Of a stretch of 64,000 bases of DNA, positions 36,993-50,400 are shown in pieces. The notes beneath the pieces are model-generated. The model was not told where the DNA came from. It worked only from the letters and a program-made list of their open reading frames with translations, and did no database searches. Where the stretch lies: contig NC_086097.1 of NCBI RefSeq assembly GCF_963921235.1, forward strand, positions 198,092,001-198,156,000, in the 5' to 3' direction. The position numbers and the translations under genes were made by a program. Each line of letters begins with the position of its first letter. The stretch's first letter is position 1. The stretch is from Mobula hypostoma (lineage: Eukaryota).

Positions 36993-37874
36993 TTGCTTTA
37001 AATATACCCAATGACTTAGCCTCCACAGCCATGTTGGACAATGAATTCCACAGATTCATTGGCTAAAGATATTCCTCCTCATCTGTTCTAAAAGGACACC
37101 CCTCTATTCTGAGCCTGTGTCCTCTGGTCTTAGACACCCCCAGCAGAGGAAGCATCCTTTCCATATCCACTCTGTTAAGGCCTTTCAACATTCAATAGGT
37201 TTTAATGAAGTCACCCCTTATTCTTCAGAACTCCAATTAGTAGAGGCCTGAAGCCATCAAACACTCCTCATATGACAAGCCTTTCAATCCCAGAATAATT
37301 TTCCTGAAACTCCTTTGAATGCTCTCTCATGTCAATACATTCTTTCTAAGATAAAGGGGCACAACACTGCTCACAATACTCCAAGTGAGGCCTCACCAGC
37401 ATTTTATAAAGCCTCAACATTACATCCTTGCTTTTATATTCTAGTCTTCTTGAAATGAATGCTAACATTGTATTTGCCTTCCTCACCACCAAATCAATCT
37501 GCAAATTAATCTTTTGTGAATCCTGCACGAGGACTCGCAAGTCCCTTTGCACCTCAGATTTTTGAATTTTCTCTCCACTTAGAAAATAACGTACCCTTTT
37601 ATTTCTTCTACCAAAGTGCATGACCATACACTTCCCGAAACTGTATTCCATCTGCCCCTTCTTTGTCCATTCTTCTAAGCTGTCCAAGTCCTTCGTTAGC
37701 CTCTCTACTTCATCAAAACTACATGCTGCTCCATGTATCTTCACATCATTGACAAATATAGCCACTAAGCCTTCGATTTCATCATCCAGGTCATTGACAT
37801 ATGAAGTAAAAGAAGTGGTCCCAACACAGACCCCTGTGGAACACCACTAGTCACCGGCAGCCAACCAGAAAAGG

Positions 37875-37962
37875 GGAGGGAATGTTGAGGGAGGGAGGGA
37901 ACGTCGACTCAGACCATGAGAGGCCTGCGTCAGGCATTTTCATGCCTTACAAGGCGCAGATT
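37875..37962 (-). mobile_element. Short retroposon 3' end with (CCCT)n tail inserted in CR1
   Basis: Breaks CR1 text CCAGAAAAGG|CTCC; contains hairpin AGGCAT-TTTC-ATGCCT. Confidence 0.5.
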
Positions 37963-38164
37963 GACTCCTTTTATTCCTACTCTTTGCCTCCTGCCAAACA
38001 GCCACTGCTTTATTCATGCTAGAATCCTTCCTGTAATACCATGACCTCTTATCTCATTAAGCTGCCTCCTGTGTGGCGCCTTGTTAAAGGCCTTACGAGA
38101 ATCCATGCACTCCTTCATCTAACCTGCTTATTATTTCTTCAAAGAATTCCAGCAGATTTGACAG

Positions 38165-38739
38165 TGTAACACCTTGGTTCACATTTTTTCTGCCATGCTG
38201 CAGGTATTTCATTTTAGCAGTTCTCTAAGAAAAGTCTGTTCTGCTTTCAGCCTGTTTGGATTATTGTTGAAGATAAGGGATGCAGAGGAATGTGTGTCAT
38301 CCAGTTTGGAAGGTTGGCTTTTTTGTTCGGAGGGAGATGAAGAGAGAAGATGCTGGAGAGAACCTGTCATAGGATTTGACCTGGTAGGGAGATCATGATT
38401 TGATGGAGCTGGGCACTGAGTTCGGCTGAGGATCGGTGAATTGAGCTCCAAGTGGTGCACATTTGACTGTTTAATTATGATGGGCTCCTTTTGTTCTTTT
38501 TAAATTTTTTTTCTTTATTAACCCTTTAGTTAAGGTTCATACATACAATTCATTTAATTGATGCAGTGTGCTGTCTGTTTTTTTTTTCTTGGCACTGAGT
38601 TGTAACAGGGCAGCAAATTACACACCATCCACACAGACTGGGGTTTGGGATGGGAGAGCCATCTTAATCTCATGAGTTTGGTGGGACCGGGGTGTGTCTC
38701 CCCTAGATTTACGCAGTCAAGGAAACCAGTGGGGTTTCA
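38165..38739. mobile_element. Probable solo LTR inside CR1
   Basis: TGTAACACC..GGGGTTTCA termini (TG..CA with short inverted repeat); CR1 sequence continues on both sides; TSD degenerate (ACAG/GTAG). Confidence 0.65.
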
Positions 38740-41700
38740 GTAGGCATGATTTTTTCTTAAGGAAACCATGCTGACTATGGCCTATTTTATCATGTGCCTC
38801 CAAGTACCCAGAAACCACACGATTAAAAATTGACTCCAACATCTTACCAACCACTGAGTTCAGATTAACTGGCCTATAATTTCTTTTCTTCTGGCTCTCT
38901 CCCTTGTTGAAGAGCGAAGTGACACTTCCAATTTTCCATTCCTCTGGAACCATGCCAGAATCAATTGATTTTAGATAGATCATCACTAATGCCTCCACAA
39001 TCTCTTCAGCCACTTCTTTTAGAACCCTGCAGTGTATACCATCTGGACTAGGTAACATATCTTTCAGTTCCCCAAGCACTTTCTCCCTAGCAATGACAAC
39101 TTCACACACTTCTGCCCCCTGACACTCTTAAACTTCCATCATACTACTAGTGGCTTCCCACAGTGAAAAATGATGCAAAATACTTATTCAGTTCATCTAC
39201 CATTTCCTTTATTACCATCACTATCTCTCTAGCATCATTTTGCACTGGTCCGATATCTACTTACTTTCCTTTACACTTTATGTATCTGAAGAACGTCTTG
39301 GTATCCTCTTTAATATTATTGGATAGCTTACCTTTGTATTCCATCTTTTTCTTCTTTAATATTTTTTTAAAACTGGCTTCTGTTAGTTTTTAAAAGCTTC
39401 CCATTCCTTTAATTTCCCACTAATTTTTGTTCTATTATATGCCCTCTCTCTAGCTTTTATGATGGCTTACTTTTCTTGATAGCCATGGTTGTGTCAGTCT
39501 GCCTTTAGAATACTTCTTCCTCTTTGGGATGTATACCGTATATCCTGCATCTCCAGTATTGCTCCCAGAAATTCCAGTCATTGCTGCTCTACCATCATCC
39601 CTGTCAGTGTTGTTTTCCAATCAATTTTGGCCAACTCCTCTTTGCCTCTGTAATTCCCTTTACTCCACTGTAATACCGATATATCTGACTTTAGTTGCTC
39701 CTTCTAAAAACGCAGGCTGAATTCTGTCATATTATGATCACTGGCCTGTAAGGGTTCCTTTACCTTAAGCTCTCTAATCAATTCTGGTTCATTGCACAAC
39801 ACCCAATCCAGAATAGTTGATCCGCTCATGGGCTCAACCAACAGCTGTTCTAAAAGCCATCTTGTAGGCATTGTACCAACTCCCTCTCCAACTAACCAGC
39901 ACTAACTAGCTCGCCAAACTACCTCCATAATGAAATCCCCCATGACTATTGTAACATTGCACTTCTGGCATGAATTTTCTATCTCCCAGTGTAATTTGTA
40001 AACCACATCATAATTATTGTATCAGCTCTACCTACAATGATTCAACACCCTCCAACCCCATGTCACATCTTTCTAATGATTTAATTTTATTTTTTACCGA
40101 CAGAGCCACACCACCCCCTCTACCTACCTGCCTGCCCTTTTGATACAATGATTATCCTTGGATGTTAAGCACCCATCCATAATCTTCTTTCAGCCTTCAT
40201 TCAGTAATGCTCTCAACATTATACATGCCAATCTATAACTGTACCACAAGTTCATCCATCTTATTCTGTATACTGTGTGCTTTGAAATATAACCCTTTCA
40301 GTTCTGCATTCACACTTGTCAGATTTGTCCACCTTTTACATTGCAACTCAGCCTGTTGACTGTAATTTTGCCCTATCTTCAGCCTTTCATTTTGCTTGTC
40401 CCACTACACACCGCCTCTGTTTGTAAACCAACTGGCTCATCCTCAGCACCATCACTTTGGTTCCCATCCCCTTACCAAATTATTTTAAGCCCTTCCGGAT
40501 AGTTCTAGCATACCTGCCCCCAACAATAGTTGTCCCCTTTGAGCTCAGGTCTAACCTATCCTTTTTGTACAGGCTGCAGTTTCTCCAGAAGAGATCCCTA
40601 TGATCCATAAATCTTACCCCCTGCCCCATACAGCAGTTCCTCAGCTAGACATTCATCTGATAAATCATCTTATTCTTACCCTCACTGGCACGTGGTACAG
40701 GCATCAATCCAAAGATTACTACCCTGGAAGTCCTGTTTTAGAGCTATGTACCTCACTTCTTAAAACTCTCTTCAGGACTTCCTCACCTTTCCTATTTTTG
40801 GTGCTAATACATACCAAGATATCTGCATGCTCACCCTTCCCCTACGGACCAGATCTAAGAAATCCCTGACCCTGACACCTGGGAAGTAATATATACCATC
40901 CAGGTGTCTCTACCATGCCCACAGAATCTCATCTCTTTTCCTCTGACCATGGAATCCCCTATCATCACCACAATCCTCTTCAGCCTTCTACTCTTCTGAG
41001 CCACAGCACCAGACTCAATGTCAGAGACACAGTCACTGCAGCTCCCCTCAGACAGGTCATCCTCCTCAACAGTATCCAATATAGTTTTCTTAGTATTGAG
41101 GGGAATGGCCACAGGGATACTCTGCATTGGCTGCCCATTTTCCTTTCTCCTCTTGACAGTCACCCAGTTACCTGCCTCTTGCAGCCAAGGGTGACAACCT
41201 CCCTGTAGCTCCCACCTGTCATCTCCTTATTCTCCTGAATGAACCAAAGGTCACCAAGCTGCATCTCTAGTTCCTTAATACGTTCAAGGAGCAGCTACTC
41301 AATGCACCTGGTGTAGATGTGGTTATCTGGGAGGTTGGAGGTCTCCCAGAATTCCTATATCTCACACACAGAACAAAATAGTGCCTCTGGAGCCTTTCTC
41401 ACTGCACTACTATCCCTTTAGAGATCAGCAATGTGATTTAAGAAGAAAAAGAGCAACTCACCTAAGCCTGATGATTACACCAGCCACTCAGAGCAATGGC
41501 CACTCATGTTACTTTTATTCTCCCTTTTTAATGAATCCTACTCAGTGATTGGTTGCAGTCCAACTCTGAAAAACTGCAGCTCATTTTTGCCTTTTCAATC
41601 TTGAGTGTGAGCTGGATTGAAAAAGTAGCTCCCTTCTCATCCTCTTGTTCAGTGATTGGTTACGGTCCATCTCTAGCCCAACTAGGTACAAGCATCTGCT

Positions 41701-43454
41701 TTTTCAAATTACAAATGGTAGGTTCAGCAAAGTTTGTACAGACCAGGTGTGGGATTTAATAGATGCAACTTTCTCATGAAATAGCAGGATCATTACATGG
41801 TTAAGACAACCATAGAACATTTTGTCATGTGCTGTACAGCAGGCAGTGATAGTTTGGTATCAACAACCTGTGGAAAATATTGAATGGTTGAACTATATGC
41901 CTGATGACAGCAATGAAGATTTGACTACATTGTATTGAGTTGTTGAATCAATATTATTGATGTACTATATATTTGAAACTATAATGATCCCAAGACAAAG
42001 ATTTGAGACAGATGTAATTCAGTCAAAATTTCTCTAGTGCACCTTTTACAAAAAGCTTCCATTTGGACACAACTGTTTTGTTAAATGCTTGTTGTTTCCA
42101 ATCATTCATCTAGATATGAGGGTTGATAGTTAATTAGCTATTATTAATTATCCCTAGTGGAGAATATGTTACCAGGTAGAAACATAGAGAACAGGATTGT
42201 TCTGTTTGGAGTTGGCATTGACTCAATGGGCTAAATTCCCACAGACAAGCACGGCATCATTTTCTGTAACCACTATTGTTTCTGATCATATTATTGAAGG
42301 AAGATTATTGATTTTGAGTGACGGACTTCAGAAATATTTGTCTTGGTTCTTACCACTATATGAGTTGGTGATTAAGGTGTTCTCAAGTGTTCAATTAAAC
42401 TAATTGTAAGTTTGAAAAGGAAAGTTATGATCTTAGAAAGAGATCTAATTCCCTTTAATATTTTTCAGGTTGTGTTAATTGTAATCTTTATTTCCAGGAG
42501 CAACAATGAGTGCTCAGAATATAAGGTTTCAACTAAACCTGAGTTGACTACTGCAGTAATAATAGAAATCAATATGTGTTAAGCAGACCAAATAAAGACA
42601 TGTTATAGGTGCATTAGTATAAATCTTAATGTTAAAGAAAACTTTTTCAATGTATTCACTACCTTGCTTCTTTTATTACATGCGTATGATCTGCTCAGTA
42701 AAGCACATTGCCATTCAAACCTGTCTTGCACTATTAAACTGCTTGAATGATGTCTTATCAGACATTCAGTGTGTGTGAAGAAGTCTCACAATAATACTCA
42801 ATATAAAGATAAACATCATGTCCTTTAAGAGAAAACATGAAAAGATATATTCAACACAGAAAAAAGAAAACTGTTCTTCAAATTCATTCCTTATCCAAAT
42901 ACCTTACTGGTGAAATATCAGACATAAAATTAAAACCTAGAGGAACGTTTAATGTATTTTACTTAAATTTATTATATATAAATACATACTCTGGCTTGTC
43001 ATTAGGATGAATTCTAATTTATGAGCTTGCATGTTGCAAGTTTTACTTGTTACAGCATATGCAAAAATAACTACATTTGAAGACTACCTATTTGCTAACT
43101 AATTTACATGAGTATTTTTCAAGGTGGTAATAATACAATGAAAGTTTCTGCTATCAGTATAAAATTGAAATAATGCTGTCATCTCATTTTCAGGTATTAG
43201 ACTGGATCCTCCAAAGCTGAGCCACCTGTTAAACTGATAACCAGTGGCACTTACTATTTGTCTGCTCCGCAGCATGGTATCCTCCTTAAGTGGGCACTTG
43301 AACTGATGGCTTAGCCTTCCTACTTGCTAGATGCCAATAACATATTGCTTGTACTCTGATGCTGGGATCTCAACAAGCTTGTTACCTTTGTTTTCTCCAT
43401 GCATCCTGCTAACATCATTTCTGGCTGCACTAACCTGTGTTGTAATGTCTGTAG

Positions 43455-44338
43455 TGTTACATAACCGGCAACAATGATTATCAATCGAGACAGGTTATAT
43501 AAAAACAACCAAACATTTATTAAACACGTATAAACGATAAGGGAAAAAACAACAAAGGAAAACTTCAACCGGAAGTTAACAGGTATGCATCCGTTCACCA
43601 ACTCCACTCGGCTCTGGTTCTTAAAGCATTAAATGCGAAAACAGTTCTTAAAGCGATAGTCAGATATAGTTCTTAAAGTGATAACTTCGAAAGTCCAACA
43701 GTTTTACACATTCAATTGGGAGAGACTTCTCTGGAGAACGATTTCTTCACAGAAGCACCTTTACTGCCGTTTCTGTCCACAGGAGTCCCGATGCCAAAAA
43801 TAAACAGTTTAAATCGACTGACCTTAAATTCCTTTAGAGAGAGAGAGCACCTTTTTGCATGAACTCATTGCCCTTTCTGGCAACAGTTATCTCGATGCAG
43901 GTAGCTACTACTCCAATGAAGACTCAATAAGGTCGATCCTTTATTAAACTGCCAAACGATGCCCACTCCTCTCGATCCTGTAACTTCGATGAATTCTTCA
44001 CTCCCCCTTCAACTGTCGGAATTGAGCAAATTGGCACTTCCAGCCACAAATTCCCAGTCCAAATATACCATATCTTATAAGAGAACGCACCCTCCATTTT
44101 AAAAATGAAACTGCGTCACAAAAACAAACACGCAACAAAAACGGAGGCACAACACGTTCTACCTGGAAATCTACAAACTCAAAAACTAACTGTGTCACCT
44201 GGGTCGACCCTTATATAGTCCCAGGGCAGATGTCATCACGTGACCTCACATCGGCAGGAAAATCACATCAGGTGACCTCCAAAAGACCATTACATCATTC
44301 TCACACAAAAAAAAACAGATCTCCTTGAGCATATAACA
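43455..44338 (-). mobile_element. Solo LTR, 884 bp, perfect 4-bp TSD
   Basis: GTAG-TGTTA...TAACA-GTAG; minus-strand TATATAA at 44211-44217 and AATAAA at 43516-43521. Confidence 0.88.
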
Positions 44339-44766
44339 GTAGAAGCAAGGAAAACACTTGTAGTGCTTTCTTTAATATGGGGCTCAAGCAGTCCTTTTGA
44401 ACATTTACCTTTGGCTTTGAACAAGATTCTTGAGGCATGCCAGAAAGCTACTCATAGTTTTGCACATGCTTCGTCCCTCCTCTCCAGCAAGGATTTCTGA
44501 TTCATTTATTGGTGACTTGGAGGTGAAGTCAGTAATCTTCTACTGCTGGGGCACACATGGGGACATCATGGTCTGCATTAGGAATTCCTTGCCCTGACCA
44601 GATGAGGACAACTGCGGCTTGCAAATAGAAATTCAATTATCTCTGGACAATGATGTGTGAAGGAATGCACCTATGGGAATTTTCTCCCCATTTAGATAAT
44701 AGGCTGCATTATTGTTTCTTTTACAAAAATACATTGGCATTCACTTCCCAACACTATATTCCATCT

Positions 44767-45212
44767 CAAACAACAGGAATTCTGCAGATGCTGGAAATTC
44801 AAGCAACATACATCAAAGTTGCTGGTGAACGCAGCAGGCCAAGCAGCATCTGTAGGAAGAGGTGCAGTCGACGTTTCAGGCCGAGACCCTTCGTCAGGAC
44901 TAACTGAAGGAAGAGTGAGTAAGGGATTTGAAAGCTGGAGGGGGAGGGGGAGATGCAAAATGATAGGAGAAGACAGGAGGAGGAGGGATAGAGCCGAGAG
45001 CTGGACAGGTGATAGGCAAAAGGGGATACGAGAGGATCATGGGACAGGAGGTCCGGGAAGAAAGACAAAGGGGGGGGTGACCCAGAGGATGGGCAAGAGG
45101 TATATTCAGAGGGACAGAGGGAGAAAAAGGAGAGTGAGAGAAAGAATGTGTGCATAAAAATGAGTAACAGATGGGGTACGAGGGGGAGGTGGGGCCTTAG
45201 CGGAAGTTAGAA
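44767..45212 (-). mobile_element. Young Penelope-like element 3' end (last ORF codons SNFR*, 3' UTR, hammerhead) with 14-bp TSD
   Basis: ACTATATTCCATCT at 44753-44766 and 45213-45226; minus strand begins T-TCT-AAC-TTC-CGC-TAA and ends CCAGCATCTGCAGAATTCCTGTTGTTTG. Confidence 0.88.
44865..44902 (-). ncRNA. Minimal type I hammerhead ribozyme motif, intact core
   Basis: Minus strand UAGUC-CUGACGA-AGGGUCUCGGCCU-GAAA-CG-UC-GACUG: stem I, CUGANGA, stem II hairpin, GAAA, palindromic ACGU in place of stem III, GUC cleavage triplet. Confidence 0.8.
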
Positions 45213-47459
45213 ACTATATTCCATCTGCTACTTCTTTGCTCATTCTTCCAATTTGTCTAAGTCCTTCTGCAATCACATTGCTTCCTCAGCACTACCTACC
45301 CCTCCACCTAACTTTGTATCAACCACAAACTTTGCTGCAAAGTTACCAATTCCATTATCCAAATCATTGACAAACAATGTAAAAAGTGGCAGTCCCATTA
45401 TTGATCCCTGAGGACCACCACTAGTTACTGGCTGCAACCAGAGAAGGCCCTTTTTATTCCCACTCGCTGCCTCCTGCCTGCCAGCCATTCCTCTATCCAT
45501 GCCGGTATCTTTCCTGTAACACCATAGGATTTTATCTTGTTATGCAGACTCACCTGTGATACCTTATCAAATGCCTTTTGAAAATCCAAATAAATGGTAT
45601 CCACTACCTCTCCTTTGTCCACCCTGCATATTACTTCCTCGAAGAACTCTAACAGATTTGTCAGGCAAGATTTCCCTTAACAGAAACCATGCTGACTTTG
45701 ACTTATTTTATCATTAGTCTCCAAGTGCCCTGAAACCTCATCCTTAGTAATAGACTCCAACACTTTCCCAACCCCTGAGGTTAGCCTAACTAGCCTGTAA
45801 TTTTTTAGAGTGGAGTGACATTTGCAATTTTGCCGTCCTCCGGGACCATGCCAGAAACAAGTGATTCTTTAAAGATCATGACCACTGCATCTGTTATCTC
45901 TTCGGCAACCTCTCTCAGGACTCTAGGATGTCATTCATCTGATCGCAGTGACTTATCCACTTTAAGACCTATCAGTTTGCCTACACTTTTTCCTTTACAA
46001 TAGCAATGGCACTCACTTTTGGTCCCTGACACTCAAGGACCTCTAGCACACTACTAGTTCTTCCATAGTGAAGACAAATGGAAAGTACTTATGGAGTTCA
46101 TCTGTCATTTCTTTGTCCCCTATTACTACTTTACCAACATCATTTTCCAGTAGTCCAATTTCAGCTCTCACCCCCCTTTTTCTCTTGGTATAACTGAAAA
46201 AACTTTCAGTATCCTGCCTTATATTATCGGCTAGTTTGTCCTCATATTTCATCTTTTCCTTTCTTACAGCTTTTTTAGTTGCCTTTTGTTGGATTTTAAA
46301 AGCTTCCCAATCATCTTACTTCCCATTCACTTTTGCTACATTATATACCCTTTCCTTGGCTTTTATGCAGTCCTTAACTTCTGTTGTCTGTCACGGTTGC
46401 ATACCCCTGCCATTTCTTCTGTGGGACATTTCTACCCTGCGCCTTGTGAACTATTCCTAGAAACTTCAGCCACCTCTGCCCTGCTCATTCCTGCCAGTAT
46501 CTGCTTCCAAGCCACCTTGGCAAACTCGTCTCTCATGCCTATGTAATTCCTTTTATTCCATTGCAATACAGATACATGTGACTTGTACTTCTCCCTCTCA
46601 AAGTGCAGTATGAATTCAATCATAATATGATCACTGCTTCCTCAGTGTTCCTTTACATTAAGCTCCCTAAAAAGATCTGTGTTATTACACAACTTCCAAT
46701 CTAAGATAGCCTTTCCCTTAGCAGGCTCAAGCACAAGCTGCTGTAAAACCCAGCTTGTAGGCATGCAACAAATTCCTTCTCTTGTGATCTAACCCCAACC
46801 TGATTTTCCCAATCCCTTTGCATATTGAAGCCCTCATTACAATTGTGTTATTACCCTTATTACATGCCTTTTGCAGCTCCCTTTGCAATCTCAAACCCAT
46901 ATCTTGGCTACTATTTGGAGGCCTATATATGATTCCTACAATAGTTTTTTACCTTTGCAGTTTCTTAACTCCACCCACAAAGATTTGACATTCTCTGAGC
47001 CTATGTCACCTCTTTCTAAAGATGTAATTCCACCTCTTACCAACAGAGCCACACCAGCACCTATGCCTTCCTGCCTGTCCTTTCGATTCAAAGTATATCC
47101 TTTGATGTTAAGCTCACAACTATGGGTTTCTTTCAGCTATGACTCAGTGATGCCCACAATGTCATACTGACCAATTACTAATTGTGTCATGAGTTTGTCC
47201 TCCTTCTTCCAAATGTTACGTGCACTTAAATGCAGCACCCTGCATTCTTTGGCCTTTTGAATTTTGCCTCTGTGGTACAATTTATCTCTTTGCTCTGTCT
47301 GCATTTGTATCTAATCATTGGCTTGTCATTCCCTTACATTCATGTTGTAGCCATCATCTACTTATAAACCTGCTGGCTCATCTTCAGCTCTATCATAATG
47401 GTTCCCATCTCCCTGCCATATTAATTTAATATTAATTATGTGCATATTAGTTATGTGCT

Positions 47460-50400
47460 TATCTAAATTATTAATTAAAGCAACAGCAGCCCCAAAACTG
47501 ATTCCTGCACCACCCCACTTTTAACATCTTCTCAGTGTGAAAATGATTCTCTCATCATAACTTGTTGTTTTCTGTTTTTTAGCCGACTCTGTACCCATTC
47601 ACACACCTTGCCCTGAATCCCTACCTCCAGTAATTTGATTATAAACTCTTGTGGGGTACCTTTTGAAAGTCCAAGTGAATGATATCAACCGCTCTATTAT
47701 TATCATAAATTTTAGTTGCCTCTTCATAGAACTCCAGCATATCAGTAAGACAAGATTTCACTTCTCTGAACCCATGCTGACTTTCTGCTAACGTGCCTGT
47801 TCTTATCAGCTGCTTTTCCGGTTCATTCTTTATTAATATTTCCATTTCCTTACCTATGATACGCATTAAACTTACTGGTCTATAGTTACCTGGGTCAGCG
47901 TGTTCGCCCTTCTTGTATACCGCGACAATGTTAGTCCATTTCCAGTCCTTGAGGATTTCACCCGTCTTCACTGACTTTTGAAAAATACATGTTAGGGATT
48001 TGTAAATATAATGGCAGACCCTTTTAAGTACCCTTGGATATACCTATGTTGTCTGTCCCTGGAGATATATTAACTTTCAGCCTTTTCAGCTGAATCATGT
48101 ACTCACGTTCTAAGATCTCTAAGTCACTTTAAAAAAAAACCCTTATTTTTCTCTACACTTACTGGCATATTGCTAACATCTTCATAAGTGAATATTTCAG
48201 CAAAATATGAATTATGTCCTTTTCTGCATAATTTATCATCCTATTATTATTTCTAATACACATAACTGCCCCCATGAATTTTCTTTAACTACTAAAGTAT
48301 TGAAAAAATCTCTTGGGATCAGTCTTAGCATTATCAGCAATATCCTTTTTAGCCTGCCTTTTGGCAATCCCAATTTCCTTTTTGACTATAGCTCTCATAT
48401 TTTCATATGCCCTACAGTTAACATCATTATAATTTGCTCAGTATTCCTTTTAGAAACATAGAAACATAGAAAACCTACAGCACAATACAGGCCCTTCGGC
48501 CCAAAAAGCTGTGCCGAACATGTACTTACTTTAGAAATTACCTGGGGTTACTCACAGCCCTCTATTTTTCTAAGCTCCACGTACCTATCCAGGAGCCTCT
48601 TAAGAGACCCTATCGTATCGCCTCCACCACCGTCACTGGCAGCCGATTCAATCCACGCAACCACCACTCTCTGCGTTTAAAACAAAACTTGCCCCTGACA
48701 TCTCCTCTGTACTGCTTCCAGGCACCTTAAAACTGTGCCCTCTCATGTTAGCCATTCCAATCCTGGGAAAAAGCCTGGGACTATCCACACAATCAATGCC
48801 TCTCATCATCTTATACACCTCTATCAGGTCACCTCTCCTTCTTCGCTGCTCCAAGGAGAAAAGGCCAAGTTCACTCAACCCATTCTCATAAGGCATGTTC
48901 CCCAATCCAGGCAACATCCTTGTAATTCTCCTCTACACTCTTTCTACAGTTTCCACATCCTTCCTGTAGTAAGTTGACCAGAAATGAGCACAGTACTCCA
49001 AGTGGGGTTGGATCAGAGTCCTATATAGCTGTAACATTGCTACTCGGCTCTTAAACTCAATCCCATGGTTGATGAAGGCCAATGAACTGTATACCTTCTT
49101 AACCAAAGAGTCATCTGCGCAGCAGCTTTTAGTGTCCTATTGACTCGGACCCCAAGATCCCTCTGATCTTCCACACTGCCAAGAGTCTTACCATTAATAC
49201 TATATTCTGCTGTCCTATTTGACCTACCAAAATGAACTACCTCACATTTATCTGGGTTGAACTCCATCTGCCACTTCTCAATCCAGCTTTGCATCCTGCT
49301 GGAACCTCTGACAGCCCTCCACACTATCCACACCACCCCCAACCTTTGTGTCATCGACAAATTTACTAACCCATCCCTCCACTTCCTCATCCAGGTCATT
49401 TATAAAAATCATGGAGAGAATTGGGGTCCCAGAACAGATCCCCGAGGCATACCGCTGGTTACCACTGGACCTCCATGCAGAATATGACCTGTCTACAACC
49501 ATTCTTTGCCTTCTGTGGGCATGCCAATTCTGGATCCACAAAGCAAGGTCTCCTTGGATCCTATGCCTCCTTACTTTCTCAATAAGCCTTGCATGGTGTA
49601 CCTTATCAAATGCCTTGCTGAAATCCATATACACTACATCTACTGCTCTACCTTCACCAATGTATTTAGTTATAACCTCAAAAAATTCAATCAGGCTTGC
49701 AAGGCACGACCTGCCTTTGACAAAGCCATGCTGACTATTCCTAATCGTATTATGTCTTTCCTAATGTTCATAAATCCTGCCTCTCAGATCTTTTCCATCA
49801 CCTTACCAACTACTGAAGTAAGACTCGCTGGTCTATAATTTCCTGGGCTATCTCTACTCCCTTTCTTGAATAAGGGAAGAACATCCGCAACCCTCCAATC
49901 CTCTGGAACCTCCCCCGTTCCCATTAATGATGCAAAGGTCATTGCCAGAGGCTCAGCAATCTCTTTCCTCGCCTCCCACAGTAGCTTGGGATACATTATT
50001 TAACTGTCTTTTCTTCAATAATTTTTTATGTATATCTTTCTTCATCCATGTCATTGATCTATTGTTTTTATTGTTTCTCCTGACCTTGGGTATGAACATT
50101 TCCAGCAATGCATATATTACTTCTTTAAATCCACCCCGATGTTTCTCAACTGACTCAACATTAAGCAGTTGCTTCCAGTTCACCTTCAGGATGTCTTTGC
50201 TGCATCTGCACAAACTTTGTTTTTCTGAAATTCTATAAATGACTGTGGTGCTTACTGATATAATTTCCCAAAAAACTTCAAGACTTATGATCGCTTTTTC
50301 CTAAAGGCTCAACAACTTCTGTACTCAAAATTCTATCCTGATTGTTACAGAATATCAAATCTAGACAGCTCTTTCCTCTTGTTGGTACATTAACATACTG

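Larger units (their letters stand above)
31724..41680 (-). mobile_element. Near full-length decayed CR1 (3' tail at 31724, body 36998-41420, 5' UTR to ~41680) hosting three insertions
   Basis: Host text CTATCAACCTCTGCC|TTAAATATACCC split by Gypsy; RT motifs (37346-37765, 38717-39109); ORF1 IVVMIGDSMVRG (40855-41163). Confidence 0.9.
44668..47420 (-). mobile_element. Decayed CR1 ORF2 (endonuclease to RT), interrupted by Penelope-like insert
   Basis: VTSGGPQGSIMGLPLF..KFVVDTK; YLDFQKAFDKV; YEDKLADNIRQDTESFFSY. Confidence 0.9.

Noticed and set aside
42460..43200. Additional TTTCAG|GT motifs as recursive splice sites
   Set aside because: Donor halves (GTTGTG, GTATTA) are weak.
44692..45157. Overlapping 88-118 aa ORFs
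   Set aside because: By-products of the purine/pyrimidine-biased Penelope-like 3' UTR.
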